Part shown: positions 9,156-18,590 of the stretch, in pieces
Position numbering within the stretch: position 1 is the stretch's first letter
Layout: every line of letters begins with the position of its first letter
Assembly: GCA_015064125.1 (NCBI GenBank)
Contig: SVSV01000003.1
Coordinates: forward strand, 1-45,087
DNA: 45,087 nt
Direction: 5' to 3'
Source of the DNA: Oscillospiraceae bacterium
GTDB lineage: Bacteria > Bacillota > Clostridia > Oscillospirales > CAG-272
The notes under the pieces: model-generated
Databases searched by the model: none
What the model saw: only the letters and a program-made list of their open reading frames with translations
Told to the model about the DNA's origin: nothing
Position numbers and translations under genes: made by a program

Positions 9156-9581
9156 TTAGTTCTCAAACCAGTTGTACTGCAGATCGCCGATCCAAAGAAT
9201 GCCCTGCATATCGTCGATCTCAATGGGCTCCTTGCGCTCAACAGCCGTGCCTGCGGCATCCGTGTAATAGAACGTGATAAAGCCATAGCGCTTCATGTTT
9301 TCCTCATCAGCAGCCTGCTCCTCTTTGTCTTCCTTTTCGACGATCTCAAGCGAGTAGGTGCCGGAATAAGAAGCGGCCTCGTCCTTTACGTAGCCAAGAT
9401 ATTCGCCGTAGGTAAAGGTATCCTCTTCAAAGATGTAGCCGTAGTAGTAACCGTTCAAGGCTTTATCACCACGGATGTACTCGCCGGCATCGATCAGTTG
9501 TTCTTTATTGCAGGCAGCGAAGCACAGACAAAGCATAACTGCTACTAATGTAATAGACAAGACACGTGCAAAGAGTTTCAT
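9156..9581 (-). CDS. Small acidic hypothetical lipoprotein
   Basis: MKLFARVLSITLVAVMLCLCFAAC lipobox; GGAGG RBS; promoter TTGCAT-17-TATAAT at 9619-9647. Confidence 0.8.
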   Translation of the reverse strand: MKLFARVLSITLVAVMLCLCFAACNKEQLIDAGEYIRGDKALNGYYYGYIFEEDTFTYGEYLGYVKDEAASYSGTYSLEIVEKEDKEEQAADEENMKRYGFITFYYTDAAGTAVERKEPIEIDDMQGILWIGDLQYNWFEN

Positions 9582-9717
9582 ATACGATGTCCTCCGTTAT
9601 AGTTTTATGGATAATAGAATTATAGCACAAACTTCAAAAAAATGCAAGGGCTTTTTTTGTTTTTGTGCAATGCTACAAAAAAAGATGGTGTAATATGGTA
9701 ACTTCGCAAAGAGAAGA

Positions 9718-11166
9718 TCAGGATTTTGCCCAGGTCGTGCCCGCTGCGGTGTCAGTGAGCGTGATTCCCTTGGCCAGAAGCTCGGCGCGAATACGGTCGG
9801 CCTCGGCATAGTTTTTTGCTTTTTTGGCGGCGGTGCGGGCATCGATGGCTTCTTCGATCGCACGGATCTCAGGATCGTCCGAATAGACACGGATGGCAGC
9901 CTTTGCGGCCTCCTCCTCGCGCTTTTTGGAAAGCTCGTCAGCCTTTGCAAGCAGGTCAAGGGCAAGGACAGTATCAAAATCGGCAATGGCGGCGCGCTTG
10001 GTGGCGGCGTTGGTCGCGGATTTCAGCACGTCGTAAAGCGCGGTGATGGCAAGCGAGGTGTTCAGATCGTTGTCAAGCGCCTTTTTGAATTTGTCGCGCA
10101 GCGCCTCCAGTGCCACGGTGTCGATCTCCTCGCCTTCGGTTACCTTCAGGGCCGAAATGCGTGTTAAAAGCTTTCCGAAGGACAGCGCGGCATTGTCGAG
10201 ATTTTCATATGAAAATACCAGCGAGCGACGGTAGTGCGAGCCAAGGCAGAAGAAACGGTATGCCAGCGGGTCATAGCCCTTGCTTTCCAGCAGAGAAACC
10301 GTTAAAAATTCGCCCTTGGATTTGGACATCTTGCCGTCGTCGGTATTGAGGTGCAGCACGTGCATCCAATAATTGCACCATTTGTGGCCAAGGTAAGCCT
10401 CGCTTTGGGCAATTTCGTTGGTGTGATGGGGGAAGGCGTTGTCAATGCCGCCGCAGTGGATATCCAGCCGCTCTCCGAGATGCTTCATTGCAATGCAGGA
10501 GCATTCGATGTGCCAGCCGGGATAGCCAAGTCCCCACGGGCTTTGCCATTTCAGCTCCTGGTCGTCAAACTTCGATTTGGTGAACCACAAAACGAAGTCG
10601 GCCTTGTTCCTTTTATTGCCGTCCTCCTCTACGCCCTCTCGCACGCCAACGGCCAGGTCCTCCTCCTTGAAGTCGTTGAAAATGTAATATTCCTTCAGCT
10701 TAGAGGTATCAAAGTAGATGTTGCCGCCTGCCTCGTAGGCATAGCCCTTTTCTAAAAGAGAGGTGATGACCTCAATAAACGAGTCGATGCAGGCGGTCGC
10801 GGGCTCAACTACGTCAGGGCGGCGGATATTGAGCTTTTTGCAATCGTCAAAAAAGCAATCGGTATAAAATTCAGCGATCTCAAGCACAGATTTCTTTTCG
10901 CGCTTGGCACCCTTGAGCATTTTGTCCTCACCCGTATCACCGTCGCTTGACAGATGTCCGACGTCGGTGATATTCATCACACGCTTCACGTCATAGCCCT
11001 GATAGCGCATGTAACGGTCAAGGATATCCTCCATAATGTAGGTGCGCAGATTGCCGATATGGGCAAAATGATAGACCGTCGGGCCGCAGGTGTAGATGCT
11101 GACCTTGCCGGGCTCGTTGGGTACAAATTCTTCTCTTTTTCTGGTTGCGGTGTTATAAAGAATCAT
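9718..11166 (-). CDS. cysS: Cysteinyl-tRNA synthetase
   Basis: CGPTVY, HIGN, PGWHIECS, FPHHTNE and KMSKS motifs. Confidence 0.98.
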   Translation of the reverse strand: MILYNTATRKREEFVPNEPGKVSIYTCGPTVYHFAHIGNLRTYIMEDILDRYMRYQGYDVKRVMNITDVGHLSSDGDTGEDKMLKGAKREKKSVLEIAEFYTDCFFDDCKKLNIRRPDVVEPATACIDSFIEVITSLLEKGYAYEAGGNIYFDTSKLKEYYIFNDFKEEDLAVGVREGVEEDGNKRNKADFVLWFTKSKFDDQELKWQSPWGLGYPGWHIECSCIAMKHLGERLDIHCGGIDNAFPHHTNEIAQSEAYLGHKWCNYWMHVLHLNTDDGKMSKSKGEFLTVSLLESKGYDPLAYRFFCLGSHYRRSLVFSYENLDNAALSFGKLLTRISALKVTEGEEIDTVALEALRDKFKKALDNDLNTSLAITALYDVLKSATNAATKRAAIADFDTVLALDLLAKADELSKKREEEAAKAAIRVYSDDPEIRAIEEAIDARTAAKKAKNYAEADRIRAELLAKGITLTDTAAGTTWAKS

Positions 11167-11176
11167 GGCTTGCTCC

Positions 11177-11923
11177 TCACGTTACTTCCTTTTTGGCGTT
11201 TTTTTCAAGCTTGAGAATACGGCGACGCAGCTTGTCGCTCTCGGCGCGCAGTGCGGCGATCTCCTCCTTGATGGGGTCGGGAATGTGGATCTGGTCAAGG
11301 TCGTTGGCAATGCGCACGCCGCCAACGCTTACCACGCGTGCGGGAATACCGACGGCGGTGGAGTCGTGGGGGATATCGTGCAGGGCCACGGCGCCTGCGG
11401 CAATTTTAACGTTGTTACCGATCGTTAAGGGACCCAGCACCTTGGCACCTGCGCCCACCATTACGTTGTTGCCGAGCGTGGGGTGGCGCTTGCCTGTGTT
11501 TTTGCCCGTACCGCCCAGCGTAACGCCCTGGTAGATCGTGCAGTTGTCACCGATCTCGGCGGTTTCACCAATGACAACACCCGTGCCGTGGTCGATGACC
11601 AGTCCGCGCCCGATGGTGGCACCGGGATGGATCTCAATGCCTGTGATAAATTTTGTCCCCTGGCTGATCATACGCGCTGAGAAGGTGTGTCCCTTTTGAT
11701 AAAGCTTGTGGGACAGACGATGCGCGGTGCGCGCGTGAAGCCCCGAGTACAGCAGTAAAATTTCTACAGTACCCGTGGCGGCAGGGTCGCGTTGGCGAAA
11801 GGCCTCGACGTCGTATTGAATTTCACTTAAAAGCTCGCGCGTGTCGCGGCGGAGCTCCTTGGCCGTTTTGCGCAGGGCCTGCCCCAGCATAACGGCACCG
11901 TCAATCAATTTCTCGTAATCCAT
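11177..11923 (-). CDS. cysE: Serine O-acetyltransferase
   Basis: RDPAA, TGIEIHPGATIG, IDHG, GVTLGGTG and KRHPTLG hexapeptide region. Confidence 0.96.
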   Translation of the reverse strand: MDYEKLIDGAVMLGQALRKTAKELRRDTRELLSEIQYDVEAFRQRDPAATGTVEILLLYSGLHARTAHRLSHKLYQKGHTFSARMISQGTKFITGIEIHPGATIGRGLVIDHGTGVVIGETAEIGDNCTIYQGVTLGGTGKNTGKRHPTLGNNVMVGAGAKVLGPLTIGNNVKIAAGAVALHDIPHDSTAVGIPARVVSVGGVRIANDLDQIHIPDPIKEEIAALRAESDKLRRRILKLEKNAKKEVT

Positions 11924-11940
11924 ATACCTACCTCACAAAT

Positions 11941-12200
11941 AAAAAACACCTCTGCACCCATCGGGCACAGAGGCGGCATGAACCGCGGTTCCACTCTGCT
12001 TTGGAGGACACGCCCCCCTCACCGTCAGAAAACGGTTATCCTTAACGCGGAAAACGGCAGGGGCTAACGACAACCGTTGACGGTTGAGGCTCACCGCTGC
12101 ATCTCACGGGTGCACATCTCCTGTCCGTTGCGTGTGCGGCTCACAGCCAAGGCCGCATTCTCTGAACGCTGTTACAGGCATTTTCCCGTTCATAGATGTT
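11941..12200 (-). promoter_or_regulatory. Cys T-box riboswitch leader of cysE-cysS
   Basis: Minus strand: Stem I with AGAGA and GCTGTGA motifs; TGC (Cys) specifier at 12112-12114; T-box AAGCAGAGTGGAACCGCG; terminator CCTCTGTGCCC...GGGTGCAGAGGTGTTTTTT. Confidence 0.92.
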
Positions 12201-12209
12201 CTTAATTAT

Positions 12210-12238
12210 ATTATACACGATCAAGCGGTGTTTGTAAA
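12210..12238 (-). promoter_or_regulatory. sigmaA promoter of T-box-cysE-cysS
   Basis: TTTACA-17 nt-TATAAT with TG extension. Confidence 0.75.
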
Positions 12239-12280
12239 CCCCTTTTGCAAAAAAGCTTGCGCGATTTGCATGAGCAAGAT

Positions 12281-12328
12281 CAGCCGCACCGACAAATTGA
12301 TGTTTGTCGGTGCGGCTGCGGCTTTTTG
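12281..12328. terminator. Hairpin downstream of nagB, likely terminator
   Basis: CAGCCGCACCGACAAA...TTTGTCGGTGCGGCTG perfect 16-bp stem. Confidence 0.6.
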
Positions 12329-12344
12329 CTTTGAAAAAGTGAGA

Positions 12345-13064
12345 TTATTCCAGTACGTCTGCGGTGCAGATCAGCGTCACGTTTGGATGAAGATTGAGGA
12401 TCGTAGCGGGGAAGGCGGTGTCCACCGTGCGCTCAAGCATGGCGCGGACAGCATCCTTTTTGTTGGCGCCCGAGGCCATTATAATGATGCGCCTTGCCTT
12501 GAAGATCGAGCCTATGCCCATGGTAAGCGCCTGACGGGGTACGTCGTTTGGGCTGGCAAAGAAGCGCGAGTTTGCTTCAATGGTGCTCTTTGTGAGGTCT
12601 GTGATATGCGTGTCGAGCATCAGCCTTTGGGCGGGCTCGTTGAAGCCCACATGACCGTTGCGGCCGATGCCGAGGATCTGCAGATCGATGCCGCCAAGGT
12701 CGGTGATCCGCTCCTCGTAACGGCGTGCCTCAGCCGCGGGATCCGCGGCGGTGCCGTCGGGAACGTGGGTGTTGGCCTTATCAATATCCAAGTGGTCAAA
12801 GAGATGGTGATCCATGAAGTAGCGATAGCTTTGATCGTTGGCGGGGGCGATGGGGTAATATTCGTCAAGGTTTATCGTAGTGACACCCTTGAAGCTGATC
12901 TCACCGCTTTTGTACATATTTACAAGCTGTCTATAAAGCCCCTCGGGTGTGGAGCCCGTAGCAAGGCCGATCACACTGCACGGCTTTTCTTTCATTTGCG
13001 CTGCTACCATTTGTGCAGCGCGCAGGGACATCTCATCGTAGCTTTTACAAACGATAATATTCAT
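12345..13064 (-). CDS. nagB: Glucosamine-6-phosphate deaminase
   Basis: GLATGSTP, NLDEY, GIGRNGHVGFNEP and ALTMGIG motifs; start at MNIIV after a GGAGG RBS. Confidence 0.96.
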   Translation of the reverse strand: MNIIVCKSYDEMSLRAAQMVAAQMKEKPCSVIGLATGSTPEGLYRQLVNMYKSGEISFKGVTTINLDEYYPIAPANDQSYRYFMDHHLFDHLDIDKANTHVPDGTAADPAAEARRYEERITDLGGIDLQILGIGRNGHVGFNEPAQRLMLDTHITDLTKSTIEANSRFFASPNDVPRQALTMGIGSIFKARRIIIMASGANKKDAVRAMLERTVDTAFPATILNLHPNVTLICTADVLE

Positions 13065-13183
13065 CACAGATCCCTCCGTTCGTGATAATTGCGACACAGT
13101 CGCACTCTTTTTTATTATAGCATAATGCCCACGTGGATACAATATATAAATAGACATGGAAATTATGAAATATGACACGGATA

Positions 13184-13239
13184 AAAAATCACCTGCCGAT
13201 AGTGAGATCGTTCGTTAAGGACATCACGCTATCGGCAGG
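13184..13239 (-). terminator. Terminator after LRR lipoprotein gene
   Basis: CCTGCCGATAG...CTATCGGCAGG stem followed by a T-tract on the minus strand. Confidence 0.65.
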
Positions 13240-13248
13240 CGATCTTCA

Positions 13249-15561
13249 TTATTTGGTACGCACCCAGTAGCAATTGGCGTAATCCTCTACCAGATACGTG
13301 GCGTTTTTCTCTTTCATAAACAAGAAAAGCTTTTCGCCCTTGGTATCGGTGCGTGAGAGGAGCACCTGCCAGTGGAATTTGCCCTTGAAGGTGATCTTTT
13401 CAAGTGCATCGCAGCTCTTAAAGGCGCGGTCGCCGATAAAGCGCAGGGATCTGGGAAGGACGATCTCAGTCAGGCTGCTACAGCCACGCAGGCAGGAGCT
13501 TTCTAAGATCTCAAGATTTTGGGGGAGTGTGAGATCGGTCAATTTGCTGCAATTTTCAAATGCCGAGCTCTTGATCTCGATGACGCCCTTGCCAAATTCC
13601 ACGGTGGTGAGGTCCTTGCAGTTTTTAAAGCAGTCGTCGCCCAGCACCGTGACCGAATCGGGTATGACCACCTTTTCGATGCCGAGCGTGTTCATAAAGG
13701 CAAAGGTGTTGATGGAGGTCACCCCGTCGGGGATCTGTAGCTCTCTCACGCGTGTTCCGTTCAGATAAAGCTTACCGGGGTAGGTAAACGGCGAGGAGGT
13801 GGAGGTATCCATCACGACGTTGCACCAGGCTGCCACGTCGCTGATATGGACGGCGGAAAGCCTTTTTGTGAAGAAGAAGGCGCCCTCACCAATGTGCTCA
13901 AGAGAGGCGGGGAGAGTGATGCTTTCAATGTATTCGCAGTCGCTGAAGGCGGCACTGCCGATCGTCTTGCCACCGGTGACGATGACGGTGTGCAGGGCCT
14001 TGGGCACACGGGTAACGTGGTGATCCAGTGTGGTAGCACCGAAAATGGAGCCAAACAGTACGTTGCCGCCCTCGGGGGAGGTGCCGACAAAGGGGATCTT
14101 GATGGTTGCTATGCCGGTGCAGCCGTAAAGCGCACCTACACCGATATACGTTACGCTGTCGGGGATCACGATGCTCTGCAATCGTGTGCAGTTTCGAAAG
14201 GCGGAGGCCTCAATGGTCTGAAGGGTGTTTGGCAATGATACGTAGTCAAGATCAGAGCAGCCCCTGAAGGCGCCCGAGCTCAGCTTAAACACGCCGTCGG
14301 GAATGAGGATGGAGGTGATCTGTATGCAGTATTGGAAGGCGTTCTCGTAAATGATCTTGGTATCGGGATGGATGGTATAGCTTTTTGTGGAGGAGGGGTT
14401 CAGTGCGCGAATGGCGATCAGATAGGGGTTTGTGCTGTTGCCGAGATAAGTAACGTCCTTGTCAGTGGTGCACTTGAGGGCGGCGACTGAGGGGAAAACG
14501 CTGGAGCCGATCGCCTTCAGCGTGCTGCTGATGCTGATCTCAAAGGAATTTGAGGCAGAGGAGCAGCCTAAAAAGGCGTAGTCGCCGATCTCCTCAATGA
14601 AGTTCATGCCCGTGACCTTTTTTAATTTTCGGCAGCCACGGAAGGCGCCCTCGCCAAGCACGGTGACCTTGTCAGGGATGTGAACGGCAGTCAGCTCCTC
14701 GCAGTAATAGAAGGCGTAAGCGGAAATGCCGGTGACGTCGGCGTGTATCAAAACCTGTGTGATGGCGGAGGAGTGAAATGCATAGCTGTAGATGATGCGT
14801 GTGTCGGTGGGGATGGCGTACTGGGTGATGCTTTTATCACCGAGCTCTACCAGCACAAGGCGAGGATTTTGTGCGTTGCCGAGATATTTGTTGCCGTCAA
14901 GGGTGTAATATTCTAAGTCATGGGGTTTATCCAGCGTATCATCGCCAATGATGGCAAAGGCCATATACCCTACGGTCTTCAGGGTGCTCGGCAGGGAAAA
15001 GGATTTGATGTTGAGGCATCCCCAGAAGGCCTGTGCGCCGATCTCGGTCACGCCCTCGGGGACGGTAACGCTCGTCAGGCTCGTGCAGCCCATAAAAGCA
15101 TTATGGCCAATGCGCGTCACGCTTGCGGGAATGTTGATCGCCTCAAGATAAATACAGCTCTTAAAGGTGCTGTCGCCGATCTCCTTCAGCCCTTCGGGCA
15201 GGACGATCTCCTTAAAGTAGGTGCAGCCGCTGAAGGCCTCAGCGCCGATCACCTGGATGCTGGCGGGAATCGTGATTTTTTCAAAGCCCGCGTTGAGAAA
15301 GCCCTTCGCTGCGATCTGCGTGACGGGCTTATCGTTGTGTGTGGCGGGAATAACGATCTCACGGGCATAGCCCAGCCCACCCTTGGACACACTGTAGGTG
15401 CCGTCATCCAGCAGGGTGAAGCTCAATGTGGGGGTGTCAGTGCCTTCGGTGATGCTGCCTTCACCGTTATCGCCGGGCTCCTCGTCAGGGCCGCAGGCAG
15501 TGAGCAGCAGGCAGGGCAGCAAAAGACAAAGCGTCAGTAAAAGGCAGAACAATCGTTTCAT
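13249..15561 (-). CDS. BspA-like (TpLRR/LRR_5) surface lipoprotein
   Basis: Lipobox LLTAC; many repeats of type IPxSVTxIGxxAFxGCxxL. Confidence 0.92.
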   Translation of the reverse strand: MKRLFCLLLTLCLLLPCLLLTACGPDEEPGDNGEGSITEGTDTPTLSFTLLDDGTYSVSKGGLGYAREIVIPATHNDKPVTQIAAKGFLNAGFEKITIPASIQVIGAEAFSGCTYFKEIVLPEGLKEIGDSTFKSCIYLEAINIPASVTRIGHNAFMGCTSLTSVTVPEGVTEIGAQAFWGCLNIKSFSLPSTLKTVGYMAFAIIGDDTLDKPHDLEYYTLDGNKYLGNAQNPRLVLVELGDKSITQYAIPTDTRIIYSYAFHSSAITQVLIHADVTGISAYAFYYCEELTAVHIPDKVTVLGEGAFRGCRKLKKVTGMNFIEEIGDYAFLGCSSASNSFEISISSTLKAIGSSVFPSVAALKCTTDKDVTYLGNSTNPYLIAIRALNPSSTKSYTIHPDTKIIYENAFQYCIQITSILIPDGVFKLSSGAFRGCSDLDYVSLPNTLQTIEASAFRNCTRLQSIVIPDSVTYIGVGALYGCTGIATIKIPFVGTSPEGGNVLFGSIFGATTLDHHVTRVPKALHTVIVTGGKTIGSAAFSDCEYIESITLPASLEHIGEGAFFFTKRLSAVHISDVAAWCNVVMDTSTSSPFTYPGKLYLNGTRVRELQIPDGVTSINTFAFMNTLGIEKVVIPDSVTVLGDDCFKNCKDLTTVEFGKGVIEIKSSAFENCSKLTDLTLPQNLEILESSCLRGCSSLTEIVLPRSLRFIGDRAFKSCDALEKITFKGKFHWQVLLSRTDTKGEKLFLFMKEKNATYLVEDYANCYWVRTK

Positions 15562-15835
15562 AATTTTCCTCACGTGTATCTAAAAACTATCATAACAATG
15601 TCAGGGATGGCTTTATTTTAACATATAATACGATATTTGGCAATAGTGAAATATGCCAAAAAGTGCAAGCAGCAGTATGCATGCTGCCTAAAGAGGCGTA
15701 TATGCCTTGGATCCCGCCGCTTGATGCCGTGTGAATGTTATGCGTGCATAGCGGCAACACTGCTTTGAGGGAGACCTTTTGACGAAGTATATAACGTGCA
15801 GCAAGAGAACAGGTTGAAAAAATACAGAATGCTAC

Positions 15836-15864
15836 TTGTCAACTACATAGAAATATGTTAAAAT
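15836..15864 (+). promoter_or_regulatory. sigmaA promoter of eda-kdgK
   Basis: TTGTCA-17 nt-TAAAAT with TG extension. Confidence 0.65.
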
Positions 15865-15897
15865 AGGCTTAAATCAGTTGCTGATGGAGGAAAGGCT

Positions 15898-16455
15898 ATG
15901 GAAAAATTTATACCCGTCGTCGTTATCAAGGAGTTATCGGAGACCGATAAAATTTTAACTGCGCTGAAAAGCAGTGGTATTATGTGCGCTGAGATCACGT
16001 TCCGTACGGCCTGTGCCGCCGAGGCGATCGCGTATGCCGTGAAGCAATATCCCGATATGGAGATCGGTGCGGGTACTGTCATCAATGCCACACAGTGTCA
16101 TGCAGCGCTTGAGGCAGGCGCTACCTTTATTGTGTCCCCCGGGCTTTCTGCCGAGGTGGCGGCGGTGTGCCGCAAGGCGGGCGTTCCCTATTATCCGGGG
16201 TGTGTAACGCCCACTGAAATCATGCAGGCTCTTGATCTTGGCATCAGCACGGTGAAGTTTTTTCCTGCCAATATTTACGGCGGTCTTGCCGCACTCAAGG
16301 CGCTTTCCGCCCCGTTCCCGCAGGTGAGATTTATCCCTACGGGGGGCGTTGACCGCGGCAATATTGATGAATTTCTGGCCTTTGACAAGGTTGCTGCCAT
16401 TGGCGGTAGCTTTTTCGTCAAGGAAGCACTTGCAAAAATGGAGGAAAAGAAATGA
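15898..16455 (+). CDS. eda: KDPG/KHG aldolase
   Basis: AEITFRT, IGAGTV, FIVSPG, TPTEI, VKFFPA and FIPTGGV motifs. Confidence 0.95.
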   Translation: MEKFIPVVVIKELSETDKILTALKSSGIMCAEITFRTACAAEAIAYAVKQYPDMEIGAGTVINATQCHAALEAGATFIVSPGLSAEVAAVCRKAGVPYYPGCVTPTEIMQALDLGISTVKFFPANIYGGLAALKALSAPFPQVRFIPTGGVDRGNIDEFLAFDKVAAIGGSFFVKEALAKMEEKK

Positions 16456-17474
16456 AACGCGTTGTTACCTTTGGTGAATTGATGCTCAGATTGGCTCCCA
16501 ACGGCTATTACCGCTTTTTCCAGAATGATCAGATGCAGGCCACCTTTGGCGGCGGCGAGGCTAACGTGGCCGTGTCGCTTGCCAACTACGGGCTTGATAG
16601 CGTGTACGTCACCAAGCTTCCCAAGCACGCCATTGGCGAGGCGGCAGTGAATTCGCTGCGCTATTTCGGTGTCGACACCTCTAAGATCGTGCGCGGCGGT
16701 GATCGCGTGGGCATTTATTATCTCGAGAAGGGCGCCTCTCAGCGTGGCTCGGTCTGCATTTACGACCGTGCGCATTCCGCCATTCAGGAGGCAAGCCCTG
16801 CTGACTTTAACTGGGATGCGATCTTTGAGGGGGCTGACTGGTTCCATTTTACGGGCATTACGCCCGCGCTTGGCGCCAATCTTGTTGAAATTTGTAAGCA
16901 GGCCTGCATAGCAGCCAAGGCACACGGTGTGAAGATCTCCTGTGACCTCAATTACCGCGGCAAGCTCTGGACGCGCGCCGAGGCGCGTGCCGCGATGACT
17001 GAGCTTTGCCAATACGTTGACGTGTGCATCTCCAACGAGGAGGATGCCAAGGACGTGTTCGGCATTGAGGCTGAGAATACCGATATCTACGGCGGCAAGC
17101 TTGATCACGAGGGCTACAAGTCGGTAGCGAAGCAGTTGGCGGATAAGTTTGGCTTTGAGAAGGTGGCTATTACCCTGCGCACCTCGATCTCTGCCAGCGA
17201 TAACGACTGGGCAGGTATGCTTTATGACGGTGGGGATTATTATTTTTCCAAGAGCTATCATCTGCATATCGTTGACCGCGTTGGCGGCGGCGACAGCTTT
17301 GGCGGCGGCCTGATTTATGCACTGCTGTCGGGCAAGTCGGCAAAGGAAGCCATTGAATTTGCAGTGGCAGCCTCTGCGCTTAAGCACAGCGTGGAGGGTG
17401 ACTACAATCGCGTGAGCGTAGCCGAGGTCGAAAAGCTGGCAGGCGGCGACGGCTCGGGCCGTGTGCAAAGATAA
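16452..17474 (+). CDS. kdgK: 2-keto-3-deoxygluconate kinase (PfkB family)
   Basis: FGELMLRL, GGGEANVA, DLNYRGKLW and DRVGGGDSF motifs; ATGA overlap with eda. Confidence 0.93.
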   Translation: MKRVVTFGELMLRLAPNGYYRFFQNDQMQATFGGGEANVAVSLANYGLDSVYVTKLPKHAIGEAAVNSLRYFGVDTSKIVRGGDRVGIYYLEKGASQRGSVCIYDRAHSAIQEASPADFNWDAIFEGADWFHFTGITPALGANLVEICKQACIAAKAHGVKISCDLNYRGKLWTRAEARAAMTELCQYVDVCISNEEDAKDVFGIEAENTDIYGGKLDHEGYKSVAKQLADKFGFEKVAITLRTSISASDNDWAGMLYDGGDYYFSKSYHLHIVDRVGGGDSFGGGLIYALLSGKSAKEAIEFAVAASALKHSVEGDYNRVSVAEVEKLAGGDGSGRVQR

Positions 17475-17488
17475 TTTGACAAAAATTT

Positions 17489-17800
17489 ACGGGACTGATT
17501 CATTCGCGCCCACCAAAAACACACAGAAATAAATAAAAAAAGAAACCGCTTTCTAAACGCCATCGTGCGTAAATAAGGAAAGCGGTTTCGTTTTTTTTAG
17601 GCAAGAGTGAATAATGTGAACTCGCCCTAAAGCCTTGCTTCTTGGTACTTAAGTCACTTGCCACTCTTACCTAAGAAAGAAATTGCTTGTGTAATTTCAG
17701 ATTTTAATGTGAGTTTTTTAGACGCGCTCGCTCCTCTTGACGTATCATATACGCCTTCGGGTCGCGATCGCGCCTTGTGCATCAAATGACTCAGTCCCGT
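17489..17800. mobile_element. Putative MITE/IS remnant bounded by 16-bp terminal inverted repeats
   Basis: ACGGGACTGATTCATT (17489-17504) versus the reverse complement of 17785-17800, ACGGGACTGAGTCATT (15/16 match). Fills almost the whole gap between convergent genes and has no intact transposase. Confidence 0.5.
17537..17598. terminator. Bidirectional terminator-like hairpin inside the putative MITE
   Basis: AAAGAAACCGCTTTC...GAAAGCGGTTTCGTTTTTTT. Confidence 0.6.
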
Positions 17801-17810
17801 TTTGATTGTA

Positions 17811-18578
17811 TCAGCGTCCGCCGCGTCTGCCGCCACCGCCGCCACCGCCGCTGCCACCTCTGCCACCGTGACTGCCGCTGTTTCTTTGGATACGTGTGCG
17901 GGTGACAAAGCTGCCGACAAAGCGGTCCTCACGTGCTGTCAGCCGTAAGCGAGCATAGCGATCCAAGGGATAGGTCTCGCCGTGGCGCTTTTTGCGGTAG
18001 TACAAAACAACGCCAAGAACACTGCCGCCGCCTACCGTTACGGCAGCGATCACGCCTACGATCACGGCAACCAGTGGCGCCCGTGCCTCGCGTGCGGCGA
18101 GCTTTTCATAATGCTCCTGCAGCACATCGGCACACAGGGAGAAAAAGCTTTGGGCGCCTGCCTCAAAGCGACCGCCCTTGAGGTTGCTGTATACGCCCGT
18201 GTCGTCTAATACGGCATCAACGTCGGCATCGCTGAAGATCTCGTCGGCCTCACCGTACAGATAGATGTCATAATAGTACGTGTCCCCCAAGAGGCGCAGG
18301 ACCAGGATCACCGCGCTTTCTTGCGCTGTGATGTCAAACCTGCTTCTCACCGATGAATTGGAGGGATAATCGTCGCGGTATAGCGACATGGTCGTGAGTA
18401 TACCAAAGCGTGTGTCTTGCAGCATTTCTGAGGCTTCGGCATCGCGATCGATCGCCAGCGCATCAAAATCAAGTATGCCGATGTCGTCTCTCACCTCCAC
18501 GGTAAAAGCGGAGGCCGAAAGCGTCAGCAGGGCGAAAAGAGCAATGAGAAGGATTATTAAAAACAGTGATTTTTTCAT
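17811..18578 (-). CDS. TPM-domain membrane protein (YdjH-like) with Gly/Arg-rich tail
   Basis: Signal peptide, VRDDIGIL start of a TPM-like domain, one TM helix, then LTAREDRFVGSFVTRTRI and a GGRGGSGGGGGGGRRGGR tail. Confidence 0.75.
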   Translation of the reverse strand: MKKSLFLIILLIALFALLTLSASAFTVEVRDDIGILDFDALAIDRDAEASEMLQDTRFGILTTMSLYRDDYPSNSSVRSRFDITAQESAVILVLRLLGDTYYYDIYLYGEADEIFSDADVDAVLDDTGVYSNLKGGRFEAGAQSFFSLCADVLQEHYEKLAAREARAPLVAVIVGVIAAVTVGGGSVLGVVLYYRKKRHGETYPLDRYARLRLTAREDRFVGSFVTRTRIQRNSGSHGGRGGSGGGGGGGRRGGR

Positions 18579-18590
18579 ACCCGTCCCCCT

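Noticed and set aside
12084-13085. 333-aa plus-strand ORF
   Set aside because: Overlaps nagB and the T-box leader on the opposite strand; no motifs.
15574-15835. Possible sRNA or riboswitch between the LRR gene and eda
   Set aside because: Only short weak palindromes; no recognisable aptamer or terminator.
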